Positions 18,610-25,560 of a DNA stretch of 43,129 nt are shown piece by piece (the stretch's first letter is position 1; every line of letters begins with the position of its first letter). The position numbers were made by a program, and so were the translations under genes. The notes under the pieces are model-generated. The model was not told the origin of the DNA. It did no database searches and worked only from the letters and a program-made list of their open reading frames with translations. This DNA comes from Thermoanaerobaculales bacterium (GTDB lineage Bacteria; Acidobacteriota; Thermoanaerobaculia; Thermoanaerobaculales; Sulfomarinibacteraceae), in the NCBI GenBank assembly GCA_024763555.1, contig JANTFG010000003.1, forward strand, positions 1 to 43,129, given 5' to 3'.

Positions 18610-19017
18610 ATGAAGAAGCGACTCAGAAAGAAGAGACACCTTGGGGAGTTCCAGGAGATCGGCTTCGAGGTTTCGTTCACGTTCGAGCCGGGCGCTACCA
18701 TCGAGGAGGACAACGACTTGCTCTTTGCCTTCCTGGATTACGCAATCGAGGACAACGGCCTACTGTTTGGTGGCGGAGGCCGGGATGGGTCCTGGTCCGG
18801 AGTGGCATACGCGGACGGCCCTCCGGGCACCAGGACATCCCCCGAGCAGCGAGGGGCCGTACTCGAGTGGCTCAATCGTCATCCGCGCATGAAGACCATC
18901 CGGGCCGGGGAGTTCTTCGACCTATGGCACGATGAGCTGCCGTCGGACAGCGGCGCAGAGGTTGCTCCGGAGAATCGCAGCGCCGAGGTACAAAATGTTA
19001 ACGGCGGCCATTTCTAG
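18610..19017 (+). CDS. yggL: YggL (DUF469) family protein
   Basis: RLRKKRHLGEFQEIGF..IEDNGLLFGGGG. Confidence 0.88.
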   Translation: MKKRLRKKRHLGEFQEIGFEVSFTFEPGATIEEDNDLLFAFLDYAIEDNGLLFGGGGRDGSWSGVAYADGPPGTRTSPEQRGAVLEWLNRHPRMKTIRAGEFFDLWHDELPSDSGAEVAPENRSAEVQNVNGGHF

Positions 19018-19045
19018 CGGTTTCGTGGCTTTAAGTCGCGATTCC

Positions 19046-19074
19046 TTGACTACAACGCAGTATGCGCGTATATT
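19046..19074 (+). promoter_or_regulatory. TA promoter
   Basis: TTGACT-17-TATATT. Confidence 0.75.
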
Positions 19075-19095
19075 CTTTGTAGCTACGGAGGGTAA

Positions 19096-19338
19096 ATGAG
19101 AACCAACATTCGAAAATGGGGAAACAGCTTGGCCGTGAGAATCCCGAGGGCCTTTGCCTCCGATCTGGGTATTGATCAGAATGCCCCTGTCGAACTCTCT
19201 CTGGAGGACGGAGCGATGATATTGCGGCCCGCACTGGAAAACCCATACAAACTTGAAACTCTCCTGGACCAGGTGACCGATGAAAACATCCATTCGCTGG
19301 TCGACTGGGGTCGGCCTGCAGGCAAGGAAGCCCTGTGA
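19096..19338 (+). CDS. mazE: MazE/AbrB antitoxin
   Basis: KWGNSLAVRIP..DWGRPAGKE. Confidence 0.95.
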   Translation: MRTNIRKWGNSLAVRIPRAFASDLGIDQNAPVELSLEDGAMILRPALENPYKLETLLDQVTDENIHSLVDWGRPAGKEAL

Positions 19339-19667
19339 AATCCGCACCTAATCGAGGCGATTTCGTTTGGCTTAGCTTTGACCCACAAGCCGGCCACGAG
19401 CAGGCAGGCACCAGACCGGCTCTTGTCTTGTCTCCTCTGGCCTACAATCAACGCATCGGCCTGGCGCTCGTATGTACCATCACCAGCCAAGGAAAAGGTT
19501 ACCCTTTTGAAGTCAAGATTCCCGAAGGCTCTGACATCCATGGCTTTGTCCTTGCGGACCAACTCAAGAGCGTAGATTGGCGGGCAAGAGTTTTCCGGCC
19601 AGCTGGAACGGCACCTCATACCGTCGTAAAGGAAACGATCAAGAAATTTGCAACGCTCTTGCAGTAA
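19335..19667 (+). CDS. mazF: MazF endoribonuclease toxin
   Basis: PQAGHEQAG.RPALVLS..KGYPFEV..DQLKSVDWRAR. Confidence 0.95.
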   Translation: MKSAPNRGDFVWLSFDPQAGHEQAGTRPALVLSPLAYNQRIGLALVCTITSQGKGYPFEVKIPEGSDIHGFVLADQLKSVDWRARVFRPAGTAPHTVVKETIKKFATLLQ

Positions 19668-19689
19668 GCGGCTTCTCAAGAATTCGGTA

Positions 19690-19947
19690 CCAAAGGTACG
19701 ATGACAAATCCCGAGAGGGAAGCGATCCGCGATCTTATCCAGTTGTCGCCCGAAACCGGGCGGTCAGGCTGGGATCTGGATGTATAGGAAATAACTTCCG
19801 TGGATCCCTGTCCCAACTCTTGACCAATGCGCTCATACTCCTTGCCTCGAGCCCGTATACCAACTATTATTTCCTGCGAAATGAAAGGTGCGGAAACCCA
19901 AGTATGAAAAGCCTTTATAGCCTAAGTGCACGAATCACACATTGGGC
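19690..19947 (+). repeat. Compound repeat type A (attC part decayed)
   Basis: Ends CGAATCACACA|TTGGGCC; the cassette ends GGCCCAAC. Confidence 0.85.
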
Positions 19948-19968
19948 CAACGGAAAAAGGAGGAAGAA

Positions 19969-20187
19969 ATGAAAGCTGAATTTACGGCAATTATCGAGCC
20001 GGCCCCAGAGGGGGGGTATTGGGCAATATGCCCGGAAGTACCGGGAGCAAACGGACAGGGAGAAACGATAGAAGAAGCGAAGGACAACTTAAGAGAGGTC
20101 ATTGAACTAATCCTGGAGGATCGCAGGCAAGATATTCTTCGCGGATTACCTGAAGATGCAATTCGTGAGAAAGTTGAAGTTGCATGA
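19969..20187 (+). CDS. hicB: HicB antitoxin
   Basis: EGGYWAICPEVPGANGQGETIEEA. Confidence 0.92.
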   Translation: MKAEFTAIIEPAPEGGYWAICPEVPGANGQGETIEEAKDNLREVIELILEDRRQDILRGLPEDAIREKVEVA

Positions 20188-20339
20188 AGCGCCGAGATTT
20201 GGAACGCAAACTTCGGATAGCCGGATGCTATATGAAAAGAGAAGGAGGGTCTCACTTCCTTTGGATCAATCCTAAAAATGGAGTCATCGAAGCGGTGCCT
20301 CGGCATAAGGAAATCCTGAAGAATATGAATGCCGAGTAA
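20184..20339 (+). CDS. hicA: HicA toxin (51 aa, possibly shortened; not in the ORF track)
   Basis: MKRRDLERKLRIAGCYMKREGGSHFLWINPKNGVIEAVPRHKEILKNMNAE; ATGA overlap with hicB. Confidence 0.85.
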   Translation: MKRRDLERKLRIAGCYMKREGGSHFLWINPKNGVIEAVPRHKEILKNMNAE

Positions 20340-20342
20340 ATG

Positions 20343-20574
20343 GCCCAACGAACAAGGAGAGGTCGTGAGAGCGAAGCGATCCGTGATCTGATCCAATTAT
20401 TGAACGAGCCCGGGCGGTCTGGCTGGGGCCTGGATGTATAGGAAATAACTTCCGTGGATCCCTGTCCTGACTCATGACCAATGCGCTCATACTCCTTGCC
20501 TGGCGTCCGCATAGCAACTATGATTTCCTGCGAAATGAAAGGTACGGAAACTCAAGCATGAAAAGCAGTTAGGG
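20343..20574 (+). repeat. Compound repeat type A, 3'-truncated at an alternative G|TT
   Basis: Ends CAAGCATGAAAAGCAG|TTAGGG. Confidence 0.85.
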
Positions 20575-20604
20575 TCAAATCTGGGTGAATAATGCGTGAG
20601 GCTA

Positions 20605-20633
20605 TTGACGTTAAAGCGTCGAGACGTTATATT
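20605..20633 (+). promoter_or_regulatory. TA promoter
   Basis: TTGACG-17-TATATT; ATG lies 6 bp downstream. Confidence 0.75.
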
Positions 20634-20639
20634 GTCTAC

Positions 20640-20870
20640 ATGACTGATACTCGTAGAGCCACCGTCTACTTTGATCCAGAGATTCACCGTGCGCTCAAAC
20701 TTAGGGCCGCCTCAATGGACAGGTCAATATCAGAAATGGTGAACGAAGCCGTGCGCGATTCTCTCTCCGAAGATGCTTACGACCTTGCAGTATTCGACGA
20801 GCGCGAAAATGAACCTGATATTGATTTCGAAGAGTACCTCAAGTCGTTGAAGCGCCGTGGCAAAATTTAA
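20640..20870 (+). CDS. CopG/RHH antitoxin
   Basis: RATVYFDPEIHRALKLRAA..SISEMVNEAVR. Confidence 0.88.
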   Translation: MTDTRRATVYFDPEIHRALKLRAASMDRSISEMVNEAVRDSLSEDAYDLAVFDERENEPDIDFEEYLKSLKRRGKI

Positions 20871-21129
20871 GGTTCGCATCAAAGCCTCGGTCGCCAAGGA
20901 AATCGAGAGTATAGAACCCAAAAAGGTCCGAAGGCAGGTTACGTCTCGCATCGCTCAACTAGCTGATAATCCGCGCCCTCACGGCTGTGAAAAACTATCC
21001 GGAAAATCTAATCGATTTCGAATTCGGCAGGGCGTGTGGCGAATCTTGTACTCGATCCACGATCAAGAACTCATCGTCTTCGTTGTCAAAGTCGGGCACC
21101 GGAGTGAGGTCTACAAGAATCGCGCTTAA
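20857..21129 (+). CDS. RelE toxin
   Basis: NPRPHGCEKLSG..RIRQG..KVGHRSEVY. Confidence 0.93.
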   Translation: MAKFKVRIKASVAKEIESIEPKKVRRQVTSRIAQLADNPRPHGCEKLSGKSNRFRIRQGVWRILYSIHDQELIVFVVKVGHRSEVYKNRA

Positions 21130-21186
21130 TACACCGTTTCAGTGTTCTTCTTTCGTGGTTCAATCTCGAACCGATGCGCAACCCAT

Positions 21187-21295
21187 GAAACGGTGCCACG
21201 CCCTCACTCAAGGCAGAACTTGATGCAAAGGAACTCTAAGGAAACTCAAGCATGAAAAGCCTTTATAGCCAAACCGCGCGAATCATGAATTAGGC
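21187..21295 (+). repeat. 3' half of compound repeat type B
   Basis: Ends GCGAATCATGAA|TTAGGC. Confidence 0.85.
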
Positions 21296-21314
21296 GGATA
21301 ACTGGCAATCCGGT

Positions 21315-21731
21315 ATGAAAGACCTTTCCCTCATCGAACGAGTTGAGATCATGAATGGGTTCCTTGAGTCCGTTATTGGCGAACCGACAAAACTGAGCGA
21401 CATCCTCCGAAAACAGGGGCTAACACAGGACCAAATTCGCGAATTGACACGAAACGACCTTGATGTTGTGATCGATCGAATTGGTACGGCTGTTGTTGCT
21501 TACCTTTCAGAAGTCTTGTCAGACAATCACGCACTCGTTCTAAGTCATCGATTCTGTTTAGAAGGATGCTGCATTTTCACATTGGAGGAGATTGCCGAGA
21601 GTCTTGGATTATCAAGGCAACGCGTTCATCAACTCCAGAAAAAGGGGATTCAGCGACTGCGCAGTTCGAAACGTAGGGCCTCGATCCAGGAAGTTGTCTC
21701 AAACGCAGCGTTTAGCCTTCTGAACCACTGA
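21315..21731 (+). CDS. Sigma-70 region 4 HTH domain protein
   Basis: RF.L..TLEEIAESLGLSRQRVHQLQKKGIQRLR. Confidence 0.8.
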   Translation: MKDLSLIERVEIMNGFLESVIGEPTKLSDILRKQGLTQDQIRELTRNDLDVVIDRIGTAVVAYLSEVLSDNHALVLSHRFCLEGCCIFTLEEIAESLGLSRQRVHQLQKKGIQRLRSSKRRASIQEVVSNAAFSLLNH

Positions 21732-21732
21732 C

Positions 21733-21792
21733 TATATGGGATATTCAGGCTTTTCCCGGTTTCGAGAATATTCTCTCGAAATCGAGAAAGTG
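21733..21792. repeat. Palindromic dispersed repeat, copy 1 (copy 2 at 28538-28597)
   Basis: TATATGGGATATT..TTTCGAGA..TCTCGAAATCGAGAAAGTG. Confidence 0.8.
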
Positions 21793-21858
21793 AAGAAGTG
21801 GCGGCTCAGACAAGGCTGACAACGCCGGGCCGGAGCGTTCCTGCATTTCGGACCCGGC

Positions 21859-23010
21859 TCAGGGCAGGGCCATGCCCGGGACCACCTGCCCAAGGTACTC
21901 CTCAACGGGAATGCAGAGAATTCCGTCGATCTCGAGTCGTTCCCGCCCGCGATACAGCAGGCGAAGCCGGGCCTCGGGATAATCCTCCCTAAAGCTCTTC
22001 AGCGGCCGCAGATCCCTGCGACGAACAACCGCGGAATGCTTGACCTCGATTGCCGAGAAAACACTCGGGCCGTACACGATGAAATCGACCTCGGTCCCGG
22101 AAGGCGTTCGCCAGAAACTGAGACTGGCGGAAGGGCTGCCCAGATCGATCCACGCCTTCAGATGCTGTGCAACCAGACCCTCCAGTGCCGCCCCGGCGAT
22201 TTCCTCGCAGCGATCCAGCGGACCTGAAGGACGCACGGACCGAAAAACTCCACAGTCAAACCAGAAGAACTTCGGATGCGAGATCAGGCGGCGTTTCGCG
22301 CGCTTCGAAAACACGGGCATTCGCCAGGACAGCAGGAGATCTTCGAGGATCGAGATGTGGGCTTCGACCGTTTTCCGACTCACCTGGCATTCACGGGCGA
22401 CTTCAGAGGTATTGAGCACGGACGCCTGGGAAAAGCTCACGGCTTCGATAAAACGTGAAAATCCGGAAATATCCCGGACCATCCCTTCCCTCTGAACTTC
22501 CTCCCTGATATACAGAGCGACATAGGCCGCCAGGGTATCCGCCGGGTTTTTTGATCCCAATACAACCGGGAGCATCCCCAACTCCAGCGCATCGGGCAGG
22601 CTGAAATCCCCCCCGAGTTCCGCTGCGAGGAAGGGAGGCATCGAACGCAACACGGCCCTGCCGCCCAGGAGATCAACTCCCGCCCTCTTGAGTTTCCTCG
22701 AACTCGAACCCGTCAGCACCCAGCGCGGGCCTGATGGTGATTCGATCCACAGATGAACGACGTCGAGCAGGGCCGGCGCCTTCTGGACCTCGTCGATCAC
22801 AATGATTCCCGCCTCCGGATGCGCGGCGACAAGCTCCGACAGCCGCTCCGGACGGGCCAAGTATCGCCGCTCCACATCCGGTGCGAGAAGATCAATGAAG
22901 AGTGCGTCCGGAAAGACCTGCCTCAACCATGTCGACTTTCCCGTTCCCCGTGGACCGAAAAGGAAGAAGTCGAGGCTGGGATCCTTGAAAAATCGCCGTC
23001 GTATCGCCAT
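21859..23010 (-). CDS. AAA+ ATPase with DUF4143 (COG1373-type)
   Basis: GPRGTGKST Walker A, IDEVQK, TGSS, C-terminal EVDF..IEVK. Confidence 0.92.
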   Translation of the reverse strand: MAIRRRFFKDPSLDFFLFGPRGTGKSTWLRQVFPDALFIDLLAPDVERRYLARPERLSELVAAHPEAGIIVIDEVQKAPALLDVVHLWIESPSGPRWVLTGSSSRKLKRAGVDLLGGRAVLRSMPPFLAAELGGDFSLPDALELGMLPVVLGSKNPADTLAAYVALYIREEVQREGMVRDISGFSRFIEAVSFSQASVLNTSEVARECQVSRKTVEAHISILEDLLLSWRMPVFSKRAKRRLISHPKFFWFDCGVFRSVRPSGPLDRCEEIAGAALEGLVAQHLKAWIDLGSPSASLSFWRTPSGTEVDFIVYGPSVFSAIEVKHSAVVRRRDLRPLKSFREDYPEARLRLLYRGRERLEIDGILCIPVEEYLGQVVPGMALP

Positions 23011-23269
23011 ATTTGACTCATTTCCGGCAACTTTGTCGCCAGAAATCGTTATATCATGAAGAAAAACATCTGTCCAGCTCATGGAGGACGGCCAGGAGAA
23101 CAGAGTCTGTGCGTTCAGGATTGTCAGAGTTGTTTGACCTGACCCCGCTGCAGGAGGCGGGGAGAGACTGCGCTCCCCGGTGGGCGTGCCCTTCGCCAGA
23201 TGTGCGAGGCCGCGTTTCCCGGCACGGCACGCAACGTTGCCGTCACACCGCGCCATCCCTCCGGGTTTG

Positions 23270-23630
23270 GGTGCCACGTGTCACAGAGTTCACAAAGTTG
23301 CCCGGAGGCTGTTCGGGTGTCCATCGGAGAATCGAAGCGGTCGGGGTAGAGTTTGACGTACCTGTCATGGAATCGATGTCTGTTCGCGACCTTTGTAGTT
23401 TCCCGGTTCGGATACGAGACGAATGAAGCAGCGAAGCTATTGGGGAAAGCGTCAGGCTCGGTGAGCAGGTGGGTGTCAGATGGTCTACAAGCGCAACAAA
23501 CTGATGGTGGGTTCCGGAAAGTGCTCGACATATTGGCCGTCAGGTTTTCAGCTCAGTGTTCTGAAGCCGATGTGCTGCCGAATCAGCCACGGTAAGGTCA
23601 AACATTGTCAGCTTTGTGACACGTGGCACC
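23270..23630 (+). mobile_element. Internally deleted element with ~34 bp inverted repeats and a probable RAYT-type transposase C-terminal HTH remnant
   Basis: GGTGCCACGTGTCACA inverted at both ends; internal AAKLLGKASGSVSRWV HTH fragment. Confidence 0.6.
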
Positions 23631-23663
23631 TCAAGGGGTCACAGGATGGATGCCGGGACCGCC

Positions 23664-25064
23664 TCAGTAGCTGTCGGCGATCAGTTCCCGCGCCTTGAGG
23701 CCCGTGGCAACCCGGTCGGGACAGTTCGTCGCACCGGCGATCGCAACCGGCTCGAAGCCCCGACTCTCCAGCGCAAGATCCAGGAGATCCTCCGCGGAGA
23801 GGGTCGGCCTCCCTGACCTTTCTCTGAGCGGAATCTCAATGCCGGAGACCCCGTCAAAGGCCCGGTAGACGACCTCGGTGCAGACCAGACGATCGGATCG
23901 GAAGAAATCAAAATCGAAGTTATAGGCCTTTCCTTCGTGTTCCAAAACCCGCGAAAGCGCCAGGGCAATCTCCTCTTCTTCAAGCTTCGGACGGATGATA
24001 GCCACGGCATCGACCGCCAGGGTCTGCTCCGGATCTCGGAAAAGCACGCCATCCTTGAGGGCCTCCAGAACCCGACGATTGCCGCTCCAGCGCCGGCGGC
24101 GCTCCGAATCGACCTCGATGTCGAGCCGCTCTCGATCCTCACAACTTCCGACGTACAGGGCGGCATGGGGCCAGTAACCCGGGAGAAAGAGATTCGTCAG
24201 GGCGTAATCATGTCGAGTAATCAGGACGTCTCCCGGCATCAGCAATTCCAGGATCTCCCTGCGGGCTTCGGGCGGGATCCCGGTTTCCATCCACGGGGCA
24301 TGAATATCCGAGATCAGACGGCCGGAATTCTCGAGAATCGCAAAGAGAGTCTGCTGGAGGCCCGAAGCGCCGCGCCTTCGGAAACTGTGAGAGAGGAATG
24401 AAAGGAGTCTCCCAAGATAACGGCGTCGACTGGGATCAAGGGAGGCCTCGAATTCTGAGAGGGAATTTACGAAGCGACCAACAAACTCGTCCTCCTTCAT
24501 GCCCTCGATGAGTGCCCGATGTCGTCTGCTGAAAAGCATGGCCTCACGCATCGCCTTTGCATGAGAGGGGTCGGTCAGGGATTCGAAAATCCTGGTGAAC
24601 TGCTTCCTGGGAATCCGGTGTCCGGAGCTGCCTTCATTGAGCTTCCGTTGAGCCGGGCTCCCGGTGGCCGCATCCTCGATGAGGTGCCGGTCCAGGCGGA
24701 CAATCAGGCAGGCCGCCGAATATCCGAGAACAAAGCAGCGCCACTCGAAGGTGCTGATGATACGGGAAACCTGAGCCTCGACCGGTTCTGAAAGTTCACG
24801 AAGAAGGTCCCAGAGTTCGCTGCGGATGGTCAGAAAACGGGCGAACCAGCTGAAGATCTCCTTCTCTTCGACCGGTCTGAAATGGCCGCGGTCCGGGACT
24901 CGGCCATTGAAGATGCAGGCGGGCGTTGCCTCGATCAGCCGGGGAACCGCCTCGGCCAGCGCCCCCAGTGCCCGGGCCGCTCCCAAAATATACTCATCCG
25001 AAAAGCAGCCCGGGGCCTCCGGAGGGTCTTCGCTACCTGGGGCTTTGTGTAGCCTCCTCGTCAT
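23664..25064 (-). CDS. YiiX/YebB-like permuted NlpC/P60 cysteine hydrolase
   Basis: PGDVL..PGYWPHAALYVG..GKAYNFDFDF..LVCTEVVY. Confidence 0.85.
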   Translation of the reverse strand: MTRRLHKAPGSEDPPEAPGCFSDEYILGAARALGALAEAVPRLIEATPACIFNGRVPDRGHFRPVEEKEIFSWFARFLTIRSELWDLLRELSEPVEAQVSRIISTFEWRCFVLGYSAACLIVRLDRHLIEDAATGSPAQRKLNEGSSGHRIPRKQFTRIFESLTDPSHAKAMREAMLFSRRHRALIEGMKEDEFVGRFVNSLSEFEASLDPSRRRYLGRLLSFLSHSFRRRGASGLQQTLFAILENSGRLISDIHAPWMETGIPPEARREILELLMPGDVLITRHDYALTNLFLPGYWPHAALYVGSCEDRERLDIEVDSERRRRWSGNRRVLEALKDGVLFRDPEQTLAVDAVAIIRPKLEEEEIALALSRVLEHEGKAYNFDFDFFRSDRLVCTEVVYRAFDGVSGIEIPLRERSGRPTLSAEDLLDLALESRGFEPVAIAGATNCPDRVATGLKARELIADSY

Positions 25065-25068
25065 ACCC

Positions 25069-25359
25069 CTATTGTAGGGCGAACCTGGAAGCGCAGCCGG
25101 TTTCGATCTCGCTCCTGCGGATTTGAGGTGGCACCTTCCGCTGAGCGCAACGCCCTCCCTCGTGGATGGCGCAGGCGACCATTTCGTTCATGACCGCGCC
25201 CGCCTCCCCATCCCAGCTGAAAGTCGGACAGGCGTTGTTAACCTGCGCCATGCGGTCGATCGCGCCGGGGGAGACGGTCTCGGTGGCGATGCTTGGCGTC
25301 GCTACGAGCCACAGCAGGACGATCGCGAGGAATGCTGTGAGAGATTGTGCGTTTTTCAT
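25069..25359 (-). pseudogene. Truncated paralog of the N-terminus of 25561-27792
   Basis: ETVSPGAIDRMAQVNNACPTFSW vs EGVSPGAVDHVAQLNNPCPTFSW. Confidence 0.7.
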
Positions 25360-25560
25360 CTATTTCTCCTTCGTGTCCTCAAGGCGATGGAGCGGCGCCA
25401 GGCACCGAGCCCGCGTGACCTCGAGGCGGTTCGTCGCTTCGACGTTTCCAGTCCGCGTGTCCGGTTTGGCACGTCCGACGCGCCACCACGATTCGTTCGA
25501 CGAATTGCCCGACGGAGCCGCTGAGATCAGCGTGTCGAGACTGCTGTGAACGTTGGGCAC

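Larger units (their letters stand above)
715..21750 (+). mobile_element. Integron gene-cassette array
   Basis: About 35 co-oriented short ORFs separated by attC hairpins or compound repeats. Several cassettes have complementary TTRRRY / RYYYAAC ends. Confidence 0.92.

Noticed and set aside
1531-21295. CRISPR array interpretation of the recurring repeat
   Set aside because: Repeats are 100-340 bp, the spacers are whole genes and no cas genes are present.
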